64,000 bases of DNA from Balanoglossus misakiensis (lineage: Eukaryota > Animalia > Hemichordata), in NCBI GenBank assembly GCA_040954595.2, contig CM082584.2, forward strand, positions 5,398,110 to 5,462,109, given 5' to 3'. Below are positions 41,101-52,874 of this stretch, piece by piece. The position numbers were made by a program, and so were the translations under genes. Each line of letters starts with the position of its first letter. Position 1 is the stretch's first letter. The notes beneath the pieces were generated by a model. It had not been told where the DNA came from and ran no database searches. It worked only from the letters and a program-made list of their open reading frames with translations.

Positions 41101-44100
41101 CCTACAAACATAAATTAACAGAACTGCAAATTTATCATTTTAAAATGTATAAGACATTCACAAAGACAACTAATTTTATTTTGGCCAAATCAAAGTGTGG
41201 AAAATACCTCAAAGTTTGCATTATTACTTTGAACTATCGTATGGCAGCAATGTATGCAAAATCTATTTTGCATACATTAAATGTGTCAAAGATTTCAATA
41301 TGTTCATGAATGATGATTCCTGCAACGCATGCGTGTGCATAATACATGTATTGATTACCTCGGTTGATCCTGTGAAGGAAATTTTATCAATGTCCATATG
41401 CTCAGACAACGCTGCACCAGCTGTTGGTCCATATCCTGGTACCACATTAATTACACCAGGTGGAAACCCAACCTGTTGAACAGAGTTTCATAAGTTCCAC
41501 ATTAGCTATACAATAATAGTATACCAGTACCTGTATGTGAAAGTATATGTTTAATCCTTTCAAGCCTGGCTTTCTGGGAACGTATCCGAATTTCTCCTAT
41601 ACATAGGATATCCGGCCAGAAAGGGTTAAATATCCCAGGACAATGTCAAAAAAATCTTGAAGACTAATTTAGTTACATTTATTCAGAAAGATTAGAATTA
41701 TTTTACTTTTTTCTTCTTACTTGAATCTTGACATTCTAATAACAGCCTGACCAAAGAATTGAGTTAATTAGAAATGTACAAGAACAGAAATGTTAAGCTA
41801 AATTATCAGTTTGAAATTTATCAAAGAATTATTCTTCTGATGTAAAACAATCTGATAATGACTGCATTCTGGAGAATGCAAATTGCTATACATGTAATGT
41901 CTTGACAATGAAACAATTATACTTTATAATTGAACAAACATTCTGAGGTCAATCAACAGAAAATATAATTGTTCCATTCAAAAAGACATACCTCTTTGAT
42001 CAGACTGGTAACATAGAGTGCAGTTAATGGGGTCTGTTCTGCTGGCTTGATAATACATGTACAACCACAAGTAACAGCCGGGGCCAGCTTCAGAAAAAAG
42101 AGCAGCAATGGAAAGTTCCAGGGTACAATCTGGCCACACACACCGATTGGTTCATGACGAGTGTAGCAGAAGAAGTTGCCATCTGTGAAGTAAAACAATG
42201 GCAGATGTAGATCTTACTTTAAAACGGGTTATTTTCGCTAGCAATTAATTTACGCGAAATATGCGAGAGCAAAAAAAAAGTCACATAAAATGTTTTTCAG
42301 AGATGACGATGCAGTTGGTGAAATAGGAGAAAGCGAAACTTAATCCTCGCGCAACAGTTGCCACTTTTGAAATCGTGAAAATTTCCTGTCGCGAAAATAA
42401 CCCGCTTTATAGTATGTCAATCCCAGCAGATGTTTCACACAGAAAAGTTTGCACACAAAAAAATGAAATCTGGCAAGATTCTTTTAGATTGTGAGAATTA
42501 AAATATCCATTTCTAACAAAATTCACACGATATTACATTCATGTGCACAGCTGATTTATCGGGTTTTATGTATCATACTACGACACATTCAAAGCTCACA
42601 CTAAAGTTCAACTTAGTGTAACAACAAATAGACTTGCCAAAATGATCTGTCACATATATCACGTGAGGACATTCAGTTGATATGAATATATGAGATATGA
42701 GATAACACAATGGTGATAGCTATCAACATAGGATTGAATACAATTGATATTCAGATAAATTTTCCAACTCAATGTATGCATCGGATAATTGAGATGACAT
42801 GTGGGTCAATCACTCGAACAAAGGTCCGTTCAATAGATTATAAATGATCCGCACACTAAGTCACGATACAGCTGTGTTACTCAGCAATAATACTAGCCTA
42901 GAATCCAGATTAGTGTGTGTGTTTTTGCTATGCTCTGCACCAAAGAACACAATAGTTTCTAGTTCACAATAATACAGGATTTAGAAAGCTTTACATGTTA
43001 CATTTTCAGCACAATGCTGATATCAACAAATACATGTTTTATCCATGGCTTTTGGCAAAATTGGAAAAAATGGTCTATTAACATCAAATTGGATCAAATC
43101 TTGTAATTTTATTATACTCTTAACACATTGTGTGGAAAACTGAATATAAATTAATGGGCCAGGTTAAGCTAACAAACGTCTGAGCTTCAGCATAAAATGC
43201 AATATAATATCTTACCAACAGGAATGGTTTTTCCATGTATTTTATCAGCATACCCTGCATAATACTCAATCAGCCTTATTGCAAACTGCATGTCTCCAAG
43301 AGCACTTTGATAAGGCTTTCCATTGTCTAAAGTTTCCAGTTTCTGTAAAAGACAAGTATCTCATGTCAAAGAAATATCTTCACTATCAGCAAAGCAGTTG
43401 TTGTAATAAAAAAATTGTTTGATTATTTTCAGAATTCCAGTTCTGAGTATCAGCAAATAACAGACTCAGCATGACCTATGTTAAAATATGAGTATAGAAC
43501 AAATCCTTTATTCATATGGCCAACAGCTGTGTTGAAATCGTGGTGTGAATATAGCCTCACAACAGTGTTGTCAGTTAAGATATGCATATAGCAGATTTTA
43601 TGATTGTTGTGACAATTAGTATGACCAGAGTAAAAATCCTGTAATTTTCTGTTCATCAATGAATGACAAAAAACTTGGTCTGTGCATATAATGATGAGGA
43701 ATATTATTGTCAAAAGAGTACTTACTGCAAGATATTCAATATCTCTTTGGACCAGTCCAGCTAACTTGTACAACATTTTCCCTCTGGCTGATGCATCCAT
43801 TGTACGCCATGTTGATCCTGGTTTGAATGCTTCTCTGGCAGCTTTGACTGCAAGATCTACATCAGCCTGCAAAGTGGATTGACGTGCAATTATATTTTTG
43901 CATTATCCTTTAATTACAGGGGCATTAGCTGCAGTAGCTTTTGGCTTTATTTTCAGCATTTTTGTAGACTAGCCCACTAGTCGCTTGGTGATTTTTAAAT
44001 CTCAATACTTTTTGTGTTTTCGGTGGTTTTTTGTCTTAATAAATAATTTCAATACTTTTAGCGTGCATGCTTGCCTTTAGCGTGTTTGTTTCGGAACAAG

Positions 44101-47100
44101 TTTTTTAAATGTATTTATTATAAAATAATGAAGCCCTTAGACTTGGAGCAAGTCTATATGCTTATATACCCAGTACTCTGCTTGTCAACATAGCCTGTAT
44201 GTGTGTAATGGCCATTGTAATTGTTGAATTACAGGTAATGGAGCTTGTACGACAGATCTGACTGGACCAAATTTTCTCTTTTGATATAACATTATTAATG
44301 TACCCGTAAAGTCTAAAAATCTACTCACTGTACAGTCTGCTAACAATGATTGTCAATCAAAATCAGTGAACTGGTTTAGTTACATTGTACAGATTGATTT
44401 CCACAAGATCAGTCAGACAGCCGAGCCCTTATTTACATATCCACCGATAAGACCTTTCTTTCTGTCTTAAAAAATATAGAACGCTTAGAAAGACAAATTA
44501 CATGTTTTGAACTTTATGCCAAAGGGCAAAGTCTTAAATTGCCCTTTACTAATATTTAGCTCCAGTGGCTTGACAATCCAGTAACTGTACACACCTCTTG
44601 ATTTGTGGGGAGATATGTAGCTCAGGACAAGCTCTAACAAAATGAATCACTGGGATGCAACTCTTGTGTATATGCCTTTAAATGCAGACTCAGCCCTTTT
44701 CGTACAAGCTCGCCCCCTTATTTATATTCTACAGTACAAATATCTGAACAGCGCTCATTCAAAACAATCAAGCATGGTGACATGTTTCCTTTTTACTATC
44801 ATCAGTCTTTCAGCACTTTTGTACCCATTTCAAGAAAATGACAATGCAGTTTTCTTGAAATTCGACCCCCAAGTTGTCCCAGGAAGTCATCAAGGTGTGT
44901 GAGAGTATGTGCAAACTTTTTCAATCGTACAGTACATATTCCCACTTAGACATAATATTTGCAAACTTATGTCTTTTTAACCCTTTCACCCCCCTCCCCC
45001 CCCCCACCCCACCCCAGTTCCCTCTGCAGCGGTCCAACTTCCCCAAACGAAACAATGGACTTGGACTGAACCATGGTGGTGAAAGGGGTAAAGTTACCTT
45101 ATCTCCTTCTTGCACATCACAGATTTTCTCTCCCGTTGTTGGGTTGATTGTTGGAAATGTTTTCCCACTGACAGAGTTCACATATTCATTGTTGATAAAA
45201 ATCTGTCCACAAAGAAATTATCGTACATTAAAAATAAGTACATGTATGTTAAAAATACAAACAGAAATCTTGACAAGATTGAAACCTTAAACACCAATAT
45301 TGTCATTCAAACCAATAATTGAACTGTACATTTACACTGTTCAAACACAGAGACTTCTCTTGATCCGAGATTTAACCTGGCTCGAGCATGATGGGCAGCA
45401 ATTTGGTTAATGTTTTTGACAAAATTGTGCACATGCACTACCAGTGTGCTAAACATCCAAATCAAAGTTATGATTAATGTGGTATTCAATTACATATGCA
45501 TGTTCAAGCAGATCCCACTGGATCTGTTTAATCACAGGGGGCTGCAAACATGAAAGTTATAAATGGCGGAGTTTCTGCATTTTCCCCCATTATAATATGC
45601 TTGGTGTGAATCTAGCTCGCTGATTGGCTGGAGCCGGGGTTTATATTCTCGACAAGAAGACCTAGTACCTGGACCCTGAACAGTGAATAGTTTTTAAAAA
45701 GTAACCGAAATAGAACATGTAGAAGAGAACGCGCCTGAATAGAACGCACTTTATGAATTCTATTGGCGGTGGCATGAAATCGCGTGACTTTAGAAATTCT
45801 AGAACACGTTTGCATGAGCTCAGCTTGTGTGTTCTGGAACAGTGCGCGACGAGGCCCTTGAACTAGAGTGATTTATTCCCAACCAAACACCAGATTTGAA
45901 AAAATGAAATTGTTTATCTTTGAGCAAAATCATATTATAATGAGGTTATAAACGGTGCGCTCGGGTATTTGGTACGGATATAAGACCTCTCAGGTGAAAA
46001 TTAGCATATTGGGTGAAATAATCACCTCGCTTCGCTTGGTGATTATTTCCCGCCAAATATGCTAATTTTCACCTGAGAGGTCTTATATCCGCAACCAAAT
46101 ACCCTCGCTAGCCATTTATAACCTCTAAATAAACATTACTTGATGAACAGTCTTTGTGCTTGTTTATTTTTCTGTCATATCAGTTGCTAATCCAGAATAA
46201 AAGCTATCGCATTTCCCATTAAGCACCTGCTAACGACTTAATCTGTGTGCCCCATCCACGGATATAGTGGATTAAGTAAACATCGGTCAGTTCTCACTGG
46301 GTAAAAGAATATATACCCAGTACTCGCTGACTGATGTTTACTTTATCAACTTAATCCGTGGATGGGACACACAGATTAAGTCGTTAGCAGGTGCTTAATG
46401 GGAAATGGATAGCTTTTATTCTGGATTAGCAACTGATGACCATTCTCGCCCCACCAGACTACGGATTTCTTTCGTTTCACGCTGCCGTAAAAGGGCCGTG
46501 GTTTGCGACGATGCTGATGACAGGTTGGGAAAACGCAGAAGGCTCCACCATTTATAACTTTCATGTTTGCAGTCCCCTGTGGTTTAATTTATTGTGACCC
46601 CTTACTCCTGGACTGTACCATTATTTTAGGGGGCCAAGGGAGATTCAGAATGAGGGTGAGTGGAAAGGGTGGGCAAGGGCCATTATGTTAATAAACAAAC
46701 ATATTGTGCATAGCAGGATATTGATAAGATTGCATTCTCCCATTGGGGAGATTTTCCAAAATCTCATGATCTGATCAACGATAACTGCCATACAATAAAT
46801 TGCCAAAGCAATTTTCAACATATCCCGCAACTGAAGTGTTTCTCAGTTTGGCCAAGTGAAAATGAAAATGGCGACAGCATGAACTTTTGTGACAATTAGA
46901 GGACAAGGTTAAGGACGGCATCTCTAGGTCATGGTAGGTCAAGCGAACATTATGTTCGTTGTAGACAAACATATAGTGCATTGCAGGCTAATGATTGCAT
47001 TCTCTCTATAGAAGTATTCTCCAAAATTCCATGACCCAATCAGTGATATGATGTATGCCATAATTTTCAGCTATTTACAATAAAAATTGCCAAAGCAATT

Positions 47101-47454
47101 TTCAATCTACTAATATAAAGTGTCCTTGCGTTTGCTTTGCTGATCAGCATAATTAGATTAATAGATACAGTAAATGAAATTTCCTTTTCAAAAGTTTATT
47201 TCATCGGTGCGCAGGTTAATACATGTATTGACTTTGATTTTTTCTACTCGTTTCGTAATAAAGTACTGGAGGTTCATGACCTCAGTAACTAGGTCACGCT
47301 GCATGCTATTTCAATGGTCTGCAGACAAGTACAAGTACACCGTGGTCTTTCGCGAGATTATATATTTGCACAGCACACACAGTGATAGGCCTTGGCGATT
47401 CATACTAACCTGAGTGTATTTCACTTCGGGTGATTCGACTTTTTGAGTGCTCAT
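38168..47454 (-). CDS. ALDH1A: Cytosolic aldehyde dehydrogenase family 1A (retinaldehyde dehydrogenase-like), ~492 aa, 13 coding exons
   Basis: Exons 47410-47454 ([15 protein letters not shown]), 45098-45202, 43726-43866, 43216-43342, 41992-42182 (PWNFP), 41359-41472 (FTGSTEVG), 40999-41101 (LELGGKSP, catalytic Glu), 40521-40705 ([13 protein letters not shown], catalytic Cys), 39891-40055, 39221-39378 (EEIFGP), 38704-38778 (PFGGFKMSG), 38342-38381, 38168-38197 (VTIKLPQKP*). No mitochondrial leader, which favours ALDH1A over ALDH2. Exact paralog unresolved. Confidence 0.92.
38287..38326. mobile_element. piggyBac-like MITE half copy in the last ALDH1A intron
   Basis: GTTGGACCTCTATAGAGGGAACCAGGGGTGAAAGGGTTAA. 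Confidence 0.65.
38802..38962. mobile_element. Short TTAA-flanked MITE-like segment carrying transcription-factor motifs
   Basis: TTAAAGGTAC ... GTATACCTTTAA ends; contains GTTGCCATGGTAAC, GATTGG and ATTTGCAT. Confidence 0.5.
39408..39562. mobile_element. pogo/Tc1-type MITE
   Basis: TA|CAGTCAAACCT ... AGGTTTTACTG|TA; a matching right end occurs at about 63730-63773. Confidence 0.7.
40115..40456. mobile_element. TTAA-flanked MITE in an ALDH1A intron
   Basis: Imperfect TIR TTAAGACCGGCGATCGTCTTATGCGCAT ... ATGCGCATAATATGATTGTCGCCCTTTAA. Confidence 0.6.
42215..42414. mobile_element. TA-flanked Tc1/mariner-type MITE, same family as 18587-18798
   Basis: AAAACGGGTTATTTTCGC ... GCGAAAATAACCCGCTTTATAGTA; colinear internal similarity to the other copy. 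Confidence 0.8.
44977..45091. mobile_element. piggyBac-like MITE copy with expanded C tract, next to the ALDH1A exon 2 donor
   Basis: TTAACCCTTTCACC(C-rich)CAGTTCCCTCT...CCATGGTGGTGAAAGGGGTAA. Confidence 0.75.
45942..46125. mobile_element. Palindromic MITE with GAGG...CCTC ends
   Basis: ~85 bp inverted arms; a half copy lies at 23593-23683. Confidence 0.8.
46181..46435. mobile_element. Palindromic MITE with CAG...CTG ends
   Basis: Arms CAGTTGCTAATCCAGAATAAAAGCTATC..TTAAGCACCTGCTAACGACTTAATCTGTGTG and its reverse complement; nearly a full-length hairpin. Confidence 0.8.
46697..47107. repeat. Local diverged direct duplication (~120 bp unit) in ALDH1A intron 1
   Basis: AAACATA..GTGCAT..GATTGCATTCTC..CCAAAAT..CATGA..AAATTGCCAAAGCAATTTTCAA at about 46697-46818 and 46967-47105. 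Confidence 0.65.
46926..46941. promoter_or_regulatory. Perfect DR4 nuclear-receptor element
   Basis: AGGTCA-tggt-AGGTCA in ALDH1A intron 1. Function inferred only. Confidence 0.55.
47271..47296. promoter_or_regulatory. Composite IR0 / ER8 / RORE nuclear-receptor element
   Basis: GGTTCA-TGACCT-cagtaact-AGGTCA; TAACTAGGTCA fits the RORE consensus WAWNTRGGTCA; about 115 bp into intron 1. Confidence 0.5.
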
Positions 47455-47917
47455 GGTGGTGAAAAGTGGCTTGTTGCTTGTCCGAGTCGACGCTGCAGTT
47501 TATTTCGCCCCAGTCGCTCCGACGTCCCTAGTGTGATTCAGCAATCTGCTCTGTAACTTTATCTTTAATATGTACACAGCAATCACATGACACACATTTA
47601 CCAATCCCAAACGCGCCTAGTCGAGGTCGGTCGGTCGCGTAAATTCATCGAACATTCGACTTTGTGCAAATAGAAATTAGAAGTGCAAACTGTGATTGGA
47701 TGAGAGTCAAGAAATGCAAAGAGCACGGCTGACTTTTTCCTACATTCTACTAGTGTATAAGTCCAAGGCACTGTTGCACTGACTTGGGCTTCATTTCGCT
47801 TAGCCGCAGTTCTACGGAAGCTTATATTGAGGTCAATTTGTAAAAAAAAAACACCTCGTAATTACGAGTTTTTATTCTCGTAATTACGCATTGTGGGAAC
47901 AACTGGGTAATGTAATG

Positions 47918-48122
47918 GGATCTGGTTCTCTTAGTGGACACGACTATACCCCATGGCAACGATACCATGGCAATGAGGGTGAGTTAGGGTTAGGGTTAGG
48001 AGGGTTAGGGGTGGCAATGTGAGGGTGAATTTAACCCTAACCCTAACCCTCCTAACCCTAACCCTAAAAAACCATATTATCGCCCGTGGAGTATAGTCGT
48101 GTCCACTAAGAGAACCAGATCC
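47918..48122. mobile_element. MITE (Merlin-like ends) with inverted telomeric TTAGGG repeats
   Basis: TIR GGATCTGGTTCTCTTAGTGGACACGACTATAC / GTATAGTCGTGTCCACTAAGAGAACCAGATCC; perfect 8 bp TSD ATGTAATG (47910-47917, 48123-48130); core has (TTAGGG)n followed by (CCCTAA)n. Confidence 0.85.
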
Positions 48123-48903
48123 ATGTAATGAAGAGCATTCACCAACCATTAACCGTACAGTTCAGTAGCCCGTTGTTTTTCCTGACGATTTTTGTGTTGG
48201 ACGGAAAAACACAAAAATCTTCGGGTAAAACCACTGGACTGTGGAACAAACCGCAGCGGATTGCAGACATTCGATATCATGTACATCCAATATTCTATGT
48301 AAAAACATAACAAAATCTGTTTCTGAAGACTACGATTGCATAGGCCCAAGGCCGTGAACGCTAAAATTGACAGGCGCCTGTCATTTTTTTTATGTTCTGC
48401 ACCTCTGGGGATGAGGTCGGGCCACGACCTTGCAGTGTCTAGGTTTGACTTTGAGAAAGGGGCGTCTAGGACATGCGTGCCCTTAAAATGCAAGTCACGA
48501 ATTCTGACCACTGAACCACAGTAAACTATAACCGTGGCAGAACAAACAGAAATAGGTCGGTTCATGTGATATATTGACACATGCAAAGTACAGTCGTAGG
48601 TAGCACTGGAGTGCTTTAGTCGTGGTTGACTTTCGCCAGCTCGCACTCGCTCGACTGCTCACTCAATATAGTTTGCCAACGTGAAGGCGGCAAGTTGGGC
48701 TCGGAGACAGTCTATGGCTAGTTTTCTTTACATTTTTCGATCAAATAAACTTTTCTTCCCGAACACGACTACTTTCAGTGTTACGCTGTCATTCATTACA
48801 AGTTTTTTACATCTTGCTCAATTTTCAGCTACGGAAGCTATAATTCTGAGAGTTGTCAAATCTTTTTTTAAATAAAGTATTCAATGCCATTCCTGATATT
48901 ATG

Positions 48904-48966
48904 TAGCCTAGTATCTATCCGTATAAACTAAGCCAAGCGGACAAAATACGGATAGATACTAGGCTA
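48904..48966. repeat. Perfect 21 bp-arm hairpin, probably a mini-MITE
   Basis: TAGCCTAGTATCTATCCGTAT ... ATACGGATAGATACTAGGCTA. Confidence 0.7.
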
Positions 48967-51900
48967 GATATTATGGTGGTTAGTAGGCGTTGCCTACAGA
49001 TTGTAATTCCATTTTTGTGGCTTATAGGCCTAAACCTATTTAGTTGTTTTACTAGTCGTAGACGCATTGTCATTATATTCTGTCCTCAATTATCACTTCC
49101 AGCGCAAGTAAGGAAATCACTTTCTATAATTCAGGAGAAGAGAAGAACTAATGCGAATTCAAAATAAACACCTGCAATTTCTACTTGGTATACGGAAGGA
49201 AGGAGGTGATAGGAAGGAAATGATTCGTTGTTAAGTAGACTTCACCATGTGTAGGAGTGGTTATCACGAATACATTTCCTGTGATGTTAAAGCCCCGTGA
49301 GCTGCCAAAGATCACAAATATTTTTCCACAATAGGCCTAAATATTTTCCCTATCATTAAGAATCATCACAATTAAGCCAAATTACATGTACTTGTATTTA
49401 TATCAGTTTGTCATCTCTTGGCGACGCAGGGCTTACACTTATTTGCGGAACGGAACAGAATAGCCACACGAATATGAAAAAATTAGTTTCTCCAAAAAAT
49501 TGTCCACGTTTTGCTTTTGTCACCCACCGGATTTCGAGCGGAATGGAAAGGAATTTCGGATCGAAAGCAGAAGTTTAGTATGCATATTATTTGTTTTTAT
49601 TTTTTTTTACTGTTTTTTCCAAGATAAAAATCGTGGATTCTACTACAGAAAATGAGCAGGCCTAGGTAAGAAAGCGGCGTGGCAAACCGTAACGAGAACA
49701 TGTATCGTATTGTAACGATGAGGGCGTGATCCCAATCGCAAGAACGGTGCACCCAAACGCATCGGTAGGCCTAAATGTAATTTTCGAGGAAAAATTGACA
49801 TTTGGGAAATCATGTATGCATGGAAAGGGGTAGGAAGGGGTATCGTCATATTTCAGATGTACAGGCCCACCCTGTAGAGCTTGTAGGTTTTTTCGTATCT
49901 TCTTCAAAAGTAGCGAGAGTTCAACAAAATCGTTTGGCACAACTATATTCAAACCCATTAGTCCCAGAACGCGCTAACTTTTATTCCGAAATTTTGCTTT
50001 CAAACACATAAATATCAATAAATATTTAAAATATGCGCCATCAACTTGTATTTTCTAGGTATTTTAGGGGTCAACTATAATAGCGTTTCGGTTCGCAAAT
50101 ACATCGTTGCAGTTCGCCACGCCGCTTTCGGCTGATTCCACTTTGAAACCACATCTGAGTCCAAATCTTACATCGCTTATCGCACTTGATAGGAGGACGC
50201 TATTATGAGAACCGTTCAAAATCATCACAAACCACTTCTAGGATTTATCCAAAAATCCATATATTTTTCAGTGCACTCTAGACTGATTTTAGGTTTTGAT
50301 GTTTTTTTCTATTACAACCAATTATGCTGGACAAATCAGGATCATGATGTATGTTAATGTTTATTTGCTTAAGTTATGTATTATGATTCAGAATAAACTG
50401 AGTTTTAAAGGTTTATGTCTGCAATTTGTTTTATGTCCACAGGCGTGCAACTAATGCGACAAAGAAACGCGATATCACCACCCCATGCGTGAAGAGCGCC
50501 ACCTCATGTCGAAAATGAACATCGGAAGCCCGGCCGACGCCAGAAAAATGGGCAAAATCACACTTAACGGGTGGGTATACGTATTCGTCGCACCCTTGTC
50601 TTCACGCACAGCATGCCGATCTAGTCGATGTACAGCCTTGAAGCGAAAAGTACCCGCTATAAAGGACACATCCACACACCTTATGAATATCAAACAAGGA
50701 ACTTGCAGGAAACTTGAGCATTTTTTTCCAAAAGAAACTACATACCACAACCTATGTCATTTACATTAGATTTTAAATAGAAATAATAAAACTAATCTGC
50801 CTCTTTGTGAAAAGTGTGCCGATTAACACAGTAATTATGATTACTATATACCAAGAGGAGCACTTTAGTAGCATGACAGATCATGATTAAGCTAAATTTT
50901 GACAACTGATCTCCAACGATACTACAGCAGATGGCTGCGAAAGTTATGATGATGAGTGTTTGTGGATGTTTATGAATACTCGTGGATAAGATTGTAGGTA
51001 GGTAAAAAGAATCTTGGGTACATACCCTACATAAAATGGTTGATCCTTCATAGTAGCCAATTGGGTATGTGACATAATGATTGTACATAGAATTAATAGA
51101 TAATTTATTGCACATTCTTGCATGATATAAACTGTGCTTTTGTTAGTGACGTCTGATTTGATTCGCTGTGACACAAAGTCGACATACTGCAGGTAAGTTT
51201 TGTAAGTCCCACGCTACTTTGGTCCACATTTTTCAACAGTCTGGTAGTTCATATGATCTTTTACACTTTAAATGCGACAACGCAAATTGATGCAACAAAC
51301 GAGACAGAGGCCAAGTTTAAAGTCACTGAAAATGTCGGGGTTTCAAAGGCAACGCGTACACCTGGAGGCAATCATGATATTGGAAGTATATTCAGAATAT
51401 ATCAAATGCATTGCTAGTGTTGACTATTGCACCAGGAAGTTGGAGGAGAAAATTAGAAATCAATCTGTGTTCAAACCACAGGGTTTCATTACGGGTAGAC
51501 TGGTGTCACGGATATTTACTTCCCTGATTTTTTCTCAAATGGTTCCGTCAAAGCCAAATTGATGTCTGCAAACACAGCAGACTGCAAAATTGTAACGGAT
51601 GAGCAATTGACGCTACACATGGCACCATATAAAGATGGTGTTGCAATAACGAAGTGAATGTTGTACTTTGTTGTCATTTTCCATCCTGATATTGTGATAT
51701 AATGTGTATAACTATATTTCGAATCCATGGTGTGTGTTTATTTGTGTGTTTTTTAAGTGTACCAGCTGCAGGGAAACGGGAATATGTAATGATAACACAG
51801 TAGATTTACACGAACACAAGGGTATATAAGTGTTCAGGTACAACAACTTATTTACACAAGGGTATATAAATGTACGGGTACAAAGATCCCCTATTGTTAA

Positions 51901-52874
51901 TTATCTGATAACCGTGTCGAACGTGACACGGCGTTTCCAAGTGGCAAGCATATTGCCCAGAACAAAGAACAGACATGAGAAAAACAAAGAAATCATGTTG
52001 AGTGAAATTTGATAATGACAACATCAGACGAACTTCAAGAAGTTAACTAATTTATTGCAATGTGTGTCTACTTAGTGCACACTACTCAGGATGAATCTCA
52101 CCTGATCTGTATTTTGGTCGAATAGAACTATGATGCATTTATTCTAAGTACCAGCTATAATCAAATCAAAAATACATTTATAGTCCCCCCCCCCCGGCGA
52201 CTTTCCATAACTTCTATCATAACGCAACGTCAATCCAATTTTATAGTTGCAGTGATGATTCTGTAACTACAAATCAGTGTTCTTGAAACCCGTTGAACAT
52301 ACATGAAAATGCAGAAACTTATAAACGTTGCACAAAGTCTATTCAAAAACTTTGAAAGGACTCCCAATCCGATGCGATTCGCCATCAAAACGTCGCCGAC
52401 CACGAACACGTCCACCTCCGACCTTGGGGCGGTATGCCACCTTTGGTAGGGTCTACATTGCTTCGTAGGTGTACGTGTACCGTACATCACGACGCCTTCC
52501 TTATCTCCTTTTGAGAGGTTATTTCAACCGAGCCAGTCGGGTATGGTAAATTTCGGCCTAACTAGTGTTAGAAGATATTTTATTGGTCATACATGTGTCA
52601 AAGTTGTGATTTTGTTAGATAAGGTTGATTCGAGTGCTTGCATGCAGAGAGACGATATGCGCATTTTACAAGATTCTTGTGTAAGTACATGGCATTTGAA
52701 CTTCTTATTTTGGAGATTTTTAATCGATGAAATACAAACTAACTTTAATCTATTTATTTACCTGATCTGAAACATGTAGAAGGGGTGAAGAGCAGTGTGT
52801 TAAAGTTTGATCACTTTGGATGCTGGGTTATGAAATCCTTAAAAATAGTGTTTTTATATGGATGCTTTAAGAGT

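Larger units (their letters stand above)
45533..46581. mobile_element. Non-autonomous DNA transposon (P-element-like ends) with two nested palindromic elements
   Basis: ~50 bp TIR CACAGGGGGCTGCAAACATGAAAGTTATAAATGG..TTTTCCC / GGGAAAA..CCATTTATAACTTTCATGTTTGCAGTCCCCTGTG; 7 bp direct repeat GTTTAAT at 45526-45532 and 46582-46588. Confidence 0.8.

Noticed and set aside
47975-48067. Ancestral telomere-telomere fusion site
   Set aside because: The repeats are enclosed by TIRs and an 8 bp TSD, so this is a transposon insertion.
51200-51730. Coding-looking stretch upstream of the ART gene
   Set aside because: Stops interrupt the frames examined and no motif was recognised; possibly decayed TE or pseudogene.
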